DNA of 64,000 nt from a virus: the IMG/VR virus record IMGVR_UViG_3300026488_000020, positions 1 through 64,000 of that record; one strand, given 5' to 3'. Below, in pieces: positions 8,881 to 19,292 of the stretch; the stretch's first letter is position 1, and each line of letters opens with the position of its first letter. The notes under the pieces were generated by a model. The model worked only from the letters and a program-made list of their open reading frames with translations, made no database searches and was not told the DNA's origin. A program made the position numbers and the translations under genes.

Positions 8881-9558
8881 ATGTACAAAGTAGATACAAC
8901 AGACGCATCAGATTTATCAATTGAGGGAGAGACTCAGATTGTGGATTCAGATGAATTATATTATATGAAAAACGTAATGGATTCAATTAAAAATGTTAAC
9001 ATTAGAGAATTTAACTATATTGTATTCGAAGAAGATATTGATAATATGTACAAAACAGAATTTAACACATTCTTTAATAAATATATCATTGATTTAATCC
9101 AGCATCTTGATCAATATTTAAGTATTAATATTGATGAATTATTAAATGAACCATATAGAGTTAAGCACGCTTTTGTTAAAAATATTGTAAGATTCTTTAT
9201 GAATACGTTACCATATATTTACATGAAAGAATTTTTAGAGAATAATGGTGCAGATGGACTCCATGATGCATTAGATATGTTTAATGATGATCTTAAAGAT
9301 AATATAATCAAGCAGATTATATCAGCGAACTCACAATATTCAAATTTTAATACAATGATGAATGAAGTTAAAGATACCATCACAAATGAGAAGAAAAAAT
9401 ACAAATTTGAAGGTATGTTATCATTACTTGAAGCGTCAATGGACAATAAGAGTAAATTGTTAGATTATTATATTGATATTATACAATCATCAGGAAATGA
9501 TGGATTAAAAGTATTATTTAAACTATATCTTAAAAATGATTTAGAGAATATTTTATAG
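8881..9558 (+). CDS. Hypothetical protein (acidic, helical)
   Basis: 225-aa ORF with AAGGG RBS and the promoter-like motif at 8847. Confidence 0.75.
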   Translation: MYKVDTTDASDLSIEGETQIVDSDELYYMKNVMDSIKNVNIREFNYIVFEEDIDNMYKTEFNTFFNKYIIDLIQHLDQYLSINIDELLNEPYRVKHAFVKNIVRFFMNTLPYIYMKEFLENNGADGLHDALDMFNDDLKDNIIKQIISANSQYSNFNTMMNEVKDTITNEKKKYKFEGMLSLLEASMDNKSKLLDYYIDIIQSSGNDGLKVLFKLYLKNDLENIL

Positions 9559-9579
9559 GAACCTAAGGGTTCCTTTCTT
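9557..9579 (+). terminator. Putative intrinsic terminator
   Basis: aggaacc-taag-ggttcct followed by ttctt, at the stop codon. Confidence 0.55.
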
Positions 9580-9631
9580 GTGGCTCGATTCAGAGAATCG
9601 ATATAAATCAATAAAAATCTATATTTATTCT

Positions 9632-9659
9632 GGGAAATACAAATAGTTACCATAGAAAT
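9632..9659 (+). promoter_or_regulatory. Extended promoter-like repeat gggaaatacaaatagttaccatagaaat
   Basis: Also found at 9909 and 35090. Confidence 0.6.
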
Positions 9660-9904
9660 TAATATAGTAATAAAGAACAATACACAAGTATTAATATGGA
9701 ATAATCTATATGATATTAATATTGAGACTATATAAAGAAGAAAATGATTACAGCACTAGTTGCTATATGAAAAAGAGTAAATATAAAGTCAAGAGGCGGA
9801 TGGTCGTAACCATAGTTAGGTTATTCCTAGTTACGATTCTGAGCCCACTGGTGGTTTTTTATTGTTAGATTTCCTCTATTTATTAATGTATTTATACATT
9901 AATT

Positions 9905-9948
9905 CTTTGGGAAATACAAATAGTTACCATAGAAATAACTATAATAGA
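9905..9948 (+). promoter_or_regulatory. 44-bp promoter-like element containing TATAAT, near-identical to 35086-35129
   Basis: ctttgggaaatacaaa(t/c)agttaccatagaaataactataataga, one mismatch between copies. Confidence 0.65.
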
Positions 9949-9991
9949 TAAAGAAGAAAAGGAAATATACCCGCCAGAGGAGGTATAACAC

Positions 9992-10012
9992 AACAATAGA
10001 AATATTGTTTTT
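9992..10012 (+). terminator. Putative terminator hairpin with GAAA loop
   Basis: aacaata-gaaa-tattgtt followed by ttt. Confidence 0.4.
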
Positions 10013-10154
10013 AATTATTAGTTACCATACGAATAATCTTAAAAATCTCTAGGGATAAAGAAGGTTATTTCTATGGTAATTTAGTTGATCGAAAGATCTA
10101 GAATTGACAGAAATGTCGAGGCAACATAAGCCTGCAAGCTTTAAGGAGTAAATT

Positions 10155-11366
10155 ATGATAAATAGCAAAATAACAGAACAAGTTATTAAAAAAGTTTTAA
10201 AGGCAAAATTAAGGGGTTTGACATCTCCAGAGATATCAAATTTAGCAGATATTAGTTTCTCTACAGTAGATAAAATAATATCTGCTAGAGAAACATATGA
10301 GTATTTAAAAGACAAAGAGTTTTATAGAATATTTAAGATAAAATTCGACAATTTTTGTATTAAGAGTACAAAAATAACGAAGCTTGATATATTAAACATA
10401 TTAATGCAAAAATTAAATCAGACACCTATAGTTGATATAGCAAAGCAATATGTTATCTCAGAATCGTCAATCTGTAAAATAATATCTGCTGAAATTAATT
10501 TCAAATATTTAGAAGAGAAAGAATTTTATGATAAATTTAATAAAATCAACCAAAAGATTACAAATCAACCAAAAGATACATATGTTCCAACAAAAAATGT
10601 TTTAGAAATATATAAACATTGCATCAAATTTCCTGGATCAAAATTTTCAGAAATTAAAAAAAAATTTGAAATTAAAGAAACATTATTATCCAATATATTG
10701 TTAGCTCAGAAATCATATAGACGATTTAAAACTTCGCCTGAATTTTCGGATTATTTACATAGCGAAATTAATTTCACAAAAGAAAAATTAAAAAAAATAT
10801 CAAGTCTAAATGATAATAAAATTTGTAACGCATCTAAAAGAAAATTAATTTCATTAGAAGAGCAATTAGAAGGTATCAAAGAAGCGCAAGCTAATGAAAA
10901 ATCTTTTAAAAAGGATTTTAACGAAGCTAAAATAGCTCTAGAAAATGAACATGAACGTCTATTGAAGATTAATGTGTGCAACAATCTTCAAGAACTAGAA
11001 GAACTGGTAGGTTATGTAGAAGAAGTAGAAGAAGTAAAAGAAGTAAAAGAAGTAAAAGTACAGGTAATAAAAAATGAAAACTTTAACATAACAATGTTGA
11101 TTGGAGCAGTTAATGTTAAAAGATTTATTAGCTGGAGAATAAATGATATGTTGAATATCATTTATGATTTTAATATTGAGAAGTATGTTATGGTTCAGGA
11201 AGGTGTTGATTCACCTATAAATAAACCAACAGCTGAAGTATTAGTGCAATCAGCATTAGAAATATTGGAATATATTAACTTTACAAAAGATCATATAGAT
11301 TATTCTTTTGTGAAAAATATCAATAACAATCATTGGGAAAAAATGGAGAATAATAATGATCAATAA
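10155..11366 (+). CDS. Hypothetical protein with repeated HTH-like segments and a coiled coil
   Basis: Repeated EIS/DIA...IS.S...KIISA segments; AAGGAG RBS. Confidence 0.65.
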   Translation: MINSKITEQVIKKVLKAKLRGLTSPEISNLADISFSTVDKIISARETYEYLKDKEFYRIFKIKFDNFCIKSTKITKLDILNILMQKLNQTPIVDIAKQYVISESSICKIISAEINFKYLEEKEFYDKFNKINQKITNQPKDTYVPTKNVLEIYKHCIKFPGSKFSEIKKKFEIKETLLSNILLAQKSYRRFKTSPEFSDYLHSEINFTKEKLKKISSLNDNKICNASKRKLISLEEQLEGIKEAQANEKSFKKDFNEAKIALENEHERLLKINVCNNLQELEELVGYVEEVEEVKEVKEVKVQVIKNENFNITMLIGAVNVKRFISWRINDMLNIIYDFNIEKYVMVQEGVDSPINKPTAEVLVQSALEILEYINFTKDHIDYSFVKNINNNHWEKMENNNDQ

Positions 11367-11775
11367 ATTTATAAGTGCTTTAAAGAATTTTTTAAACACT
11401 GGAGAAAAAACTATTGTTTTAGATAGAGATAGTGCTATAAAGGTTTTAGGAGAATTTGAGAACTTAAAAAAGAAGTACTCAGATTTAGTTGATACTTATA
11501 ATATGACTGTCGATAAGTATGATGGTGCTGTTGATAAGTATAGTGAAGCTTTAACATCAAAAGAAGATTATAAAAACAGATGGGGAGCTAAAGTAAAAGA
11601 ACTATACACAAGTGAGTCCAAAAATAAAGAATTGATTGAGAAAGTGCATCGATTAGAAGCAACTGTTAAGTTACAACATGATAGAGTAATGTGTAATAAT
11701 TTGCAAAGATCGATCGATTTAATTGATCAGTTAAATGAACCAGAACCGCGGGAGCTTAAAAGTTTTTTAGCTTAG
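11356..11775 (+). CDS. Hypothetical coiled-coil protein
   Basis: 139-aa ORF, GGAG RBS. Confidence 0.7.
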   Translation: MINKFISALKNFLNTGEKTIVLDRDSAIKVLGEFENLKKKYSDLVDTYNMTVDKYDGAVDKYSEALTSKEDYKNRWGAKVKELYTSESKNKELIEKVHRLEATVKLQHDRVMCNNLQRSIDLIDQLNEPEPRELKSFLA

Positions 11776-11827
11776 ATTATATTTTAGGGGATGCTGAGTT
11801 AAAGCATATAATTAAAAAGGAGCAGAA

Positions 11828-12169
11828 ATGCCATTAGAATCAAATATAGAAGAAGTAGAAGTCGAAGAAGTTGGTATTAAAAAATATATATGCTCACATT
11901 GTGGTGGAACAGTAAAAGGTTCTTTTACATTTAGTGAAATTTTAGAAAATAATAAAGAGTGCAAGCATTGTTATTTTGGCACAATGCAACAGAGAGAGAA
12001 ACGGAAAGATTTATTTAAAGGTACACAATATGTTATACCTAAAAGTGAATTTGAAAAACATGTTCCAAAACCTCGCAAAGAGTTTAAAGGACATGTAAAA
12101 AGATATTCAAAAAAAGAACAAGAAAGAAATAGAAAAAATAATAAAGCTTTAGAAGCTTTATTTGAATAG
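11828..12169 (+). CDS. Zinc-ribbon hypothetical protein
   Basis: CSHC...CKHC; AAGGAG RBS. Confidence 0.7.
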   Translation: MPLESNIEEVEVEEVGIKKYICSHCGGTVKGSFTFSEILENNKECKHCYFGTMQQREKRKDLFKGTQYVIPKSEFEKHVPKPRKEFKGHVKRYSKKEQERNRKNNKALEALFE

Positions 12170-12297
12170 GTACCTCTTCGGAGGGCTTTAACAAGTATTC
12201 CTAGGAGTACTTACTAAGCAATATATGGTGATTTAATTTTAAATCAAAAAAGTCTTAAAGGACAAAGGTAGGCACCTAAACAACTGAGGAGTTAAAA

Positions 12298-12864
12298 ATG
12301 TCAGAAAATATAGAAGCAATAGAAGTATTATTAGTTAAAGGTGATAGAGGTCGTGACACATTTGTAGGTAAAACATTAGAGAATGGTAAAATGGTATTTT
12401 TCAAAGATCTAATGATTGGTATGCAACCAAATTATTCAGAACAGGAATTAAGAAATATGGGTAGATCCAGTGGTGAAAGTGATACAATTATTACTGTTCA
12501 TAAAGTTGTTGAATACAAGGGTTATATCGATGCTGTTATAGATGTTCGCCAAGCAGCATCTGTTAAGATAAAAGAAAAAGAAGCAGCTGATTTTGCTGCT
12601 GATTTGGAAGCAATTGCATATAGAGAGACAGTTAAAGAACAAGAACATGAAGAAGAAATTAAAAACATTCACCATGATAATGCAATGATGGAACGCATCC
12701 TAAAACGCCGTGAAGATGAGCGTCTAAACGCTGAGATAGGAACAATTAAAATTGTTGACATTGATAGTGTAAACAATTATATGCATAATGGTTATTGGAA
12801 ACTCGTTACAAGTCATGTTGTATTAGATGAAGTGCAATTTGTGATCCAAAAAGTAATTCAATAA
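12298..12864 (+). CDS. Hypothetical protein
   Basis: 188-aa ORF, GAGGAG RBS. Confidence 0.72.
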   Translation: MSENIEAIEVLLVKGDRGRDTFVGKTLENGKMVFFKDLMIGMQPNYSEQELRNMGRSSGESDTIITVHKVVEYKGYIDAVIDVRQAASVKIKEKEAADFAADLEAIAYRETVKEQEHEEEIKNIHHDNAMMERILKRREDERLNAEIGTIKIVDIDSVNNYMHNGYWKLVTSHVVLDEVQFVIQKVIQ

Positions 12865-12970
12865 TGTCAGAAGAATCAGGAGACTATATCGATTCAGATA
12901 TAGTCGATTGGTAGTGCGAAATTTAGTGCGAAATAATGGAACCGGAAGGTAATTAACAAGGAAATTAAAA

Positions 12971-13759
12971 ATGTCAAAAGCAAATACAAAATCACCAAAA
13001 ATTGAATTAAAGTCAAAATACAATATAAAGAAAATAACAACAGGTGTTACATATACAAAAGAATATACAAAATTTAAAGAAAATTCTATGTATCCAAAAC
13101 ATACCAAATATAATACTAAATTAGAACAAAATATTTTATCAGAAGGTACAAATCTTATTCCAATTCAGGTAGATAAAAATATGGTTATTGTTGATGGCCA
13201 TGGAAGATTAAAAATCTGTAAAAAACATAACCTGTTATTAAGTTATATAGTTGTACATTCAGATACGAAAACATTTGTAAAATTAAATGAGTGCTCAAGA
13301 AAATTAACACTGAGTGACAAGATTGAGATTCATGGTAGAACGGACTCTGAGTATAAAAAACTTTTTGATTTGCTTTTAAAATATAATTTAGGATATTCAT
13401 CAGTATCTCTTAAAACTGGTTATAAACCAGATTATGTCAAACAAGGTAAAACTATAAAAATTGACTTTATAGTATTAGAAGAGTTTATGAGATATATCCG
13501 AGATGTTCAAGGACTATCACATATTGTAGCAATTAAACCTATTGCTGATGCAATAGCAAAATTTGATAATGTTCAAGGCTTCAGTCGTAAACATTTAATT
13601 AAAAAAATGGTAACATATTGGGATGTTCTTAATCCTATACGTATAGGGGGATCAGAGGATACTTTATTTCAATTGAGCAGAGTTTATGATCACAAAGCTT
13701 TAAAGAAAAATCACAAGAATATGTTTTATAAAGTAAAATTAACAGATTCAAAAAACTAA
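12971..13759 (+). CDS. ParB/Srx N-terminal-domain protein
   Basis: PIQVDKNMVIVDGHGRLKIC; paralog of 21578-22303. Confidence 0.7.
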   Translation: MSKANTKSPKIELKSKYNIKKITTGVTYTKEYTKFKENSMYPKHTKYNTKLEQNILSEGTNLIPIQVDKNMVIVDGHGRLKICKKHNLLLSYIVVHSDTKTFVKLNECSRKLTLSDKIEIHGRTDSEYKKLFDLLLKYNLGYSSVSLKTGYKPDYVKQGKTIKIDFIVLEEFMRYIRDVQGLSHIVAIKPIADAIAKFDNVQGFSRKHLIKKMVTYWDVLNPIRIGGSEDTLFQLSRVYDHKALKKNHKNMFYKVKLTDSKN

Positions 13760-13772
13760 AAAAGGATCAGAA

Positions 13773-13958
13773 ATGATTACAGATGTAAATGAAATGAGTA
13801 TAGAGCAATTAGTTGCAACAGTAGATATAATCGTTGTTGGAGAATTTGATATCATGAATCTTGAATTAGCCGGTTTAAGAGTACCAATGAAAAGACATTC
13901 TTCTGAAGAAATAATTTCTTTAGATAAATGGCAATTACAATTACAAAAGGTTGCGTAA
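13773..13958 (+). CDS. Hypothetical protein
   Basis: 61 aa, AAGGA RBS, tiled in the operon. Confidence 0.6.
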   Translation: MITDVNEMSIEQLVATVDIIVVGEFDIMNLELAGLRVPMKRHSSEEIISLDKWQLQLQKVA

Positions 13959-14458
13959 TGATAAACCTTACAAGATTGGCTCTAAGTATCCAAAAATTAT
14001 TTTTGGATACTTTAGATATAAAATTTAATGGTTCAGGGATCGAGTTTGATCTCTTTGGAGAACCTTTTAAAACTGACGGTGAAACATACACTCACTTATA
14101 TAAAGATTATAATTGTCAAGGTGATGTATCTGTAGATAATGATATATTGGAGTATATTAGTATCAAAATTATGTACCATCAAGGGATGTCATTACATCCA
14201 GAAGCGATCGTTGATATATCACAAATTCATAGTATGGATTATGATAAATTAAAAAATTTTAGTAAAAGAATTAAAATGCCAATGCAAGTTGCATATGAAG
14301 GGTTGATAAACCAATCAGGATCAGCAGCACACATTTCAAACATTTTAAATTTAAACAAAACATTTGTAAAAAATGTTCGATCAATCAATCGACGTAATAT
14401 GATTAAAGTTGCCACACAAAAGGCTTTTGAAGAGTTTTCGGGATTAGGAGAAAATTAA
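13958..14458 (+). CDS. Hypothetical protein
   Basis: Coupled TAATG start; tiled ORF. Confidence 0.65.
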   Translation: MINLTRLALSIQKLFLDTLDIKFNGSGIEFDLFGEPFKTDGETYTHLYKDYNCQGDVSVDNDILEYISIKIMYHQGMSLHPEAIVDISQIHSMDYDKLKNFSKRIKMPMQVAYEGLINQSGSAAHISNILNLNKTFVKNVRSINRRNMIKVATQKAFEEFSGLGEN

Positions 14459-15723
14459 TGAAATTTGTAGATATAATGGAAGGATCAAAACATACAGATA
14501 TTGTATGTATTATTGATAAGAATGATGATTATCATTTAATCTTTAAGTTTGAGGGATTGTTTTATAATGAGATAATGAAAGTTGATAAACATTTTGGAAA
14601 AATTGGTCGATGTACATTAGATGCTTTTGATACTTTGCAAGATTTTGCAATCTTGACCTTATCGAAGAATGAACGAGTAACATTAGCACAAAGATTTTTT
14701 AGTTATGTTTATGCTAAGCAAGAAGTTCAATCAAATAAAAAAGCTTTGATAGATGCAAAACCAGTTGATGGTAATGTTGATGCTGAGATGAAAAAAGTTG
14801 TTGATGTAAAAATTGATAATCTTGATGAAATTGATGATACAGATGTATCTGTTGTATCTGATACATCAGATACAACATTATTTCCTCGTTGGAGAATACC
14901 AACAATAACAGAGTTTAATAAATTCTTTAAAAAGGGTTTATTGCCAAAACATTTAAATGTGTGGGCAGATGGAACTCAAACTTTTGGATTAAACTCTGGA
15001 TTCGTAGAGGAAACAACTTCTTTTGCAAAACATTTTCTATTACTAACTGATGGTAAAAATCTTCATAGAGTAAAAGGTTTGTTTACATATCAGGAAGCAT
15101 TAGAAGTTGCAACAGATTTATTTATTAATGAGACAGAATTTAACAATTTTGAATCAACACTAAAACTCATTCAAAAAGCAACTTATAAGAAAGCAACAGG
15201 TACAGGAGCAGTCGGTCGTAGAAGATCAACAGCTAAACCTATGCGATCAAAATTTAAGACTGGTGTCAAATATGTATCATTCCATTATGGTTTCGGCAAA
15301 CAGGAACAAGCACCAATAGATACAAAAGCTTTTTGTGTTAGAGCAGTAATTAATGCGTCTCAATCAAATCCCGTAGGAGTTAAGATTAGAGACTTTGAAT
15401 GTAATGATGTTGGAATAGTAAATGCTAGACATTATATAGATTCAGAAATAAGAAAATTAGGATTAGAAATTCCTTTATATTTCACACAATCACAATATGC
15501 ATTTATTAGTCAATATGGTGCAAGAATGTATGTTACAGTTACTGAATTTAAATCAGAATTAGATTTTGATAAAGCAAAATTTGAAATTATGGATCGTTAT
15601 TTTGATATTCCAGATAATTTTGTAATTGCCGAATCATTTGCAAAACGATTAGTGGTTGATCACAAACCACAAATAGCAACAGATACAATTAGTCCGGCTA
15701 TTTTAAACAACTTAAAGGTATAA
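14458..15723 (+). CDS. Hypothetical protein (WRIPT motif)
   Basis: 421-aa ORF, AGGAG RBS. Confidence 0.7.
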   Translation: MKFVDIMEGSKHTDIVCIIDKNDDYHLIFKFEGLFYNEIMKVDKHFGKIGRCTLDAFDTLQDFAILTLSKNERVTLAQRFFSYVYAKQEVQSNKKALIDAKPVDGNVDAEMKKVVDVKIDNLDEIDDTDVSVVSDTSDTTLFPRWRIPTITEFNKFFKKGLLPKHLNVWADGTQTFGLNSGFVEETTSFAKHFLLLTDGKNLHRVKGLFTYQEALEVATDLFINETEFNNFESTLKLIQKATYKKATGTGAVGRRRSTAKPMRSKFKTGVKYVSFHYGFGKQEQAPIDTKAFCVRAVINASQSNPVGVKIRDFECNDVGIVNARHYIDSEIRKLGLEIPLYFTQSQYAFISQYGARMYVTVTEFKSELDFDKAKFEIMDRYFDIPDNFVIAESFAKRLVVDHKPQIATDTISPAILNNLKV

Positions 15724-15725
15724 TT

Positions 15726-16010
15726 ATGTCAACAGTAAAATTTTATGAAGATGATAAAGCAAAGATATTAGCAGCATTATATAATGCATCTAAACCTCTT
15801 GGTATGGGAATGTTGCATTTTGACCCTACTGATATGACAGAAGCTGAGGCTTCTGAATTATTAAAAGAAACTCAACAATTTGATTATTTAAAAGGAAGAG
15901 TTATGAAAATATCTTTAGAATCAGATGAACTTAATACTTGGGCATATGATAGAGATAATGGTGAAGGTGCTGCACTACGCGTAATTGAAAAAATTAGAAT
16001 CAGAGCATAA
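15726..16010 (+). CDS. Conserved phage hypothetical protein
   Basis: KAKILAALYN...GMGMLH...FDYLKGRVMK...YDRDNG pattern, recalled from many phages. Confidence 0.7.
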   Translation: MSTVKFYEDDKAKILAALYNASKPLGMGMLHFDPTDMTEAEASELLKETQQFDYLKGRVMKISLESDELNTWAYDRDNGEGAALRVIEKIRIRA

Positions 16011-16036
16011 TTTAAAATAAAATTAAGGAGCTAGAA

Positions 16037-16567
16037 ATGGCTGATGATATAGAAAATATAAGACTAGTTCAAAAGGCAGAAAATCTTCAAAGAGTAACTC
16101 TACCTTATGATTATAAATTTCAATTAGGAAATCCACCATCAAATCAACAATTGTTAGAGATGACAAAACATTGTGATGAGGTAGGTGTTGCACATGCGAA
16201 TGAGCAATTATTTAACGCTGAGATATCTATTAATACTCCTGATATGTTAAAAATAAATTTACCATTTTTAGAAAAAGAATTTGAAAATGGTAGAGGTGAG
16301 GGAGTATGGGTATATCCATTAACATCAGATGATAATGATATATATAAAACAAACGAAATAGGTTCGGTTTTTAAATGTATTTTATTAAATGATAGTGAGT
16401 ACTACCCGTTCATATTTGGAACAATACTTGAAGCAGTTATTATAGACAAAACTAAAAGGCCAGTTATGAGAAAAAAATGGTTAAGTGATTCTATTGATAG
16501 ATCAGATGCACCATTCACTTTAGATGATGTACTTAAAGGTAGATTACATGAACAAGAGACAAACTAA
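16037..16567 (+). CDS. Hypothetical protein
   Basis: 176 aa, AAGGAG RBS; GEGVWV...LLNDS. Confidence 0.7.
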   Translation: MADDIENIRLVQKAENLQRVTLPYDYKFQLGNPPSNQQLLEMTKHCDEVGVAHANEQLFNAEISINTPDMLKINLPFLEKEFENGRGEGVWVYPLTSDDNDIYKTNEIGSVFKCILLNDSEYYPFIFGTILEAVIIDKTKRPVMRKKWLSDSIDRSDAPFTLDDVLKGRLHEQETN

Positions 16568-17516
16568 AAAACGTAATAAGAAAGTTCATCAGAATCTTCT
16601 TTCAATGATTCCATTCACGGTTAAAAATGATGTATATGGTGATGGATATTTTATATTCGAATTTGGTCCAGCTGAAATATGTTGGTTTTATCTTAAAGAA
16701 TTTTCAAACTGGAAATTTGGAATATGGTTAACTGAATATGGTTATGAAATATTTGGTCAAGGCATCGCTTCGATTGATAAATTCAAACCAACATATTCTG
16801 AAATAGCAACTGATGATATTAACGAGTTCGTTGATGATTTATTTATATTGTTAGAAACATATAAAGGTGAAGATACAAAATTTACAGAATATGTTGCCTC
16901 AGATAATGAATTGATCATATCTAATGCTAAAGTCCAGAAAGTTAATAATATACGTTTAGATTTTGTTAAACTATTCATTCATAATTTTAATGAATCATTT
17001 GAGTTAATTCAATTAACGCTGCATGATAGAAATACTAAAAATATGAATATTAGCCCAAGATATCAAATCAATGTTCATACACATAAAGATTTACAAAATG
17101 AAGAAAAATGTATTTTTGATGCATATGTGTATCTTCAGAATCAATTTGATGCTATAGGAATGTCTCCTGAAGATATTGATGCATTTGATGTTGATAGTTA
17201 TATTTTCGATTATTTTTCAGATGAATTAAAAGGTCGAAAATTTTATGAATATCAACAGAAACGATATGAATGGAAAGAATCATACGATGAATATGTTCAA
17301 TATCAATTTGATTATTATTGTAAAACATATGATGTGTTGGATAGCGATTTAGAGCAGTTTATACACAGTTTAAACACTTCTGCATATAAAGATGCAGATG
17401 ACATTAATCTTGCTATATACGACAAGTATAAGCCAGATGAATTAACATACAATGTTGGATATGCTAAAACATTATCTTTCAATCAAGCTAGAAAAAATCG
17501 AAAGATAAAGGACTAA
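16548..17516 (+). CDS. Hypothetical protein
   Basis: Long tiled ORF; probable start MNKRQTKK. Confidence 0.7.
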   Translation: MNKRQTKKRNKKVHQNLLSMIPFTVKNDVYGDGYFIFEFGPAEICWFYLKEFSNWKFGIWLTEYGYEIFGQGIASIDKFKPTYSEIATDDINEFVDDLFILLETYKGEDTKFTEYVASDNELIISNAKVQKVNNIRLDFVKLFIHNFNESFELIQLTLHDRNTKNMNISPRYQINVHTHKDLQNEEKCIFDAYVYLQNQFDAIGMSPEDIDAFDVDSYIFDYFSDELKGRKFYEYQQKRYEWKESYDEYVQYQFDYYCKTYDVLDSDLEQFIHSLNTSAYKDADDINLAIYDKYKPDELTYNVGYAKTLSFNQARKNRKIKD

Positions 17517-17519
17517 AAA

Positions 17520-17819
17520 TTGCAAAATTTAATGGATCAATCTCATGAAAAAAGAGACATTACCTTATTGACAAATTTTAATAAGCAAGAACGAGTATTA
17601 TATGAGGCAGCATTAATTTATGCATCGAATCATGCTAAAGGTTTAGCAATTGAAGAGAATGCATATGATCGTTTGGGTGGATTATTACCTGGAGATAATT
17701 CATTACATACTGCAAGACATTTGACACATATTGATAGAGGCAAGTTTTGGGACAAGTTTAGAAAACTTAAAAAGAAATCAACAGTTGAACATTTACAAAT
17801 TATTAAAGGAAGTAAATAA
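17520..17819 (+). CDS. Hypothetical protein
   Basis: Tiled ORF. Confidence 0.55.
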   Translation: MQNLMDQSHEKRDITLLTNFNKQERVLYEAALIYASNHAKGLAIEENAYDRLGGLLPGDNSLHTARHLTHIDRGKFWDKFRKLKKKSTVEHLQIIKGSK

Positions 17820-18184
17820 TGCAAGATATGCAAGAATTGCCTAGACTAGATCTAGCATTTTTAGATGTGTGTTTAGAGCAAGACAAAAATTTTGATGAGG
17901 ATCAATTTATTGAAAAGTTTTGTGGGAGCGATATCCAAGATAAAATGGATAATGGTTGGGTTAATGTTCCAGATACAAAAACAACAACTGCAGTTGTTTT
18001 TAATGGTGCTGTTCCATATGATAATGATGAAATGGATAAACTAGAATTATTCGAATCACCTATTGTAACTTTTAAAAATTTAAAACTATTAAAAAGTTTT
18101 ATTCAACAGAAAGGTACAATACAAGAGAAAGAATCAATTCTTAAAATGATCAAAAAATTTAAGAGTGGAGAATACGATGCATAA
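17819..18184 (+). CDS. Hypothetical protein
   Basis: Coupled start, AAGGA RBS. Confidence 0.65.
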   Translation: MQDMQELPRLDLAFLDVCLEQDKNFDEDQFIEKFCGSDIQDKMDNGWVNVPDTKTTTAVVFNGAVPYDNDEMDKLELFESPIVTFKNLKLLKSFIQQKGTIQEKESILKMIKKFKSGEYDA

Positions 18185-18305
18185 AATCACACAAACTGGT
18201 TGGTTATTATTAGCGGTGTCTATAGGTATCGGCTGGTTAATTGGTGACAGCAATGGAGCAGTTGTAGGATTCGTTGCATTTGCAACACTGTTGGCAATTA
18301 TTTAA
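18177..18305 (+). CDS. Small membrane protein (42 aa, not in ORF track)
   Basis: GGAG RBS; MHKITQTGWLLLAVSIGIGWLIG...FATLLAII. Confidence 0.55.
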   Translation: MHKITQTGWLLLAVSIGIGWLIGDSNGAVVGFVAFATLLAII

Positions 18306-18316
18306 AGGGTTATATA

Positions 18317-19279
18317 ATGAAGCAAAAAAACAAACGAAAACTAAAACCATTCTCAGATAAAACAATACATGCTACAATAAAGCAGAAAATGGATAAATGG
18401 ATATCGACTTTGCCAATTGAACTAAAAACAGAAGTTCAAAAATCTATTATTGTTACAGGTGGCTGTATTCCAAGTATGATGCTTGGAGAAAAAGTTAATG
18501 ATTATGATGTATATTTTAACAATTTAAAAACATTAGAAAAAATTACATTATATTACATACAACAATTCACTGATTTAAATAGTGAATCAGTGATGATGAT
18601 TCATAAAAAAACGTCAAAAGAAGATCGTTGTACAATCATCGATACGTTATATCCAGAGTCATCCGAAATGTCTAATATGAAATCGCAAGATTCATTTGAA
18701 TTAGATTATAATGATATCACACAAACCGTTGGAATTTATATACCATCAAATGGTGTAGCAAAAGAAACATTTTCAGCAAAAGATGATAAAAAATCTGAAA
18801 ATGAAAAGAAGCGAAAAACAAAATTTCGACCAGTATTTTTATCAGAGAATGCAATAACATTGTCGGATAATATACAAATGGTTATTAGATTTTGGGGAGA
18901 GCCTCAAGTTATCCACAAGAACTATGATTTTGTACATGCGACAAATTATTGGACATATGACGAAGGTGTTGTTATGAATCTACCAGCGGCTGAAGCTATT
19001 AGATTAAAACAATTAAAATATATTGGATCAAAGTATCCACTATCATCTATTATTCGTATGAATAAATTTCAAAAACGAAAATGGGTGGTATCAACAGTTG
19101 AGACAACTAAGATTTTATTCAATCTTAATGATTTTGACCTATATGATAAAACAACGTTAAAGGATCAATTAACTGGAGTTGACTTGCAATATTTTGAAAT
19201 ATTTTTCAAAAAGATTAGTGCAGGTGAAGATATAACATATGATTATTTAATTAAAGTGATGGATGAAGTAATCGTTTAA
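18317..19279 (+). CDS. Pol-beta-superfamily nucleotidyltransferase (CCA/poly(A)-polymerase head-like)
   Basis: IVTGGCIPSMMLGEKVNDYDVYF (GG...DxD); YDFVH; YPLSSIIRMNKF. Confidence 0.7.
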   Translation: MKQKNKRKLKPFSDKTIHATIKQKMDKWISTLPIELKTEVQKSIIVTGGCIPSMMLGEKVNDYDVYFNNLKTLEKITLYYIQQFTDLNSESVMMIHKKTSKEDRCTIIDTLYPESSEMSNMKSQDSFELDYNDITQTVGIYIPSNGVAKETFSAKDDKKSENEKKRKTKFRPVFLSENAITLSDNIQMVIRFWGEPQVIHKNYDFVHATNYWTYDEGVVMNLPAAEAIRLKQLKYIGSKYPLSSIIRMNKFQKRKWVVSTVETTKILFNLNDFDLYDKTTLKDQLTGVDLQYFEIFFKKISAGEDITYDYLIKVMDEVIV

Positions 19280-19292
19280 AAAAAGGACAGAA

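Noticed and set aside
9560-12297. c-di-GMP riboswitch or hammerhead ribozyme among the GAAA hairpins
   Set aside because: The conserved cores (GEMM GGCAAA...GACGCAAAGC; hammerhead CUGAUGA...GAAA) were not found in the right arrangement
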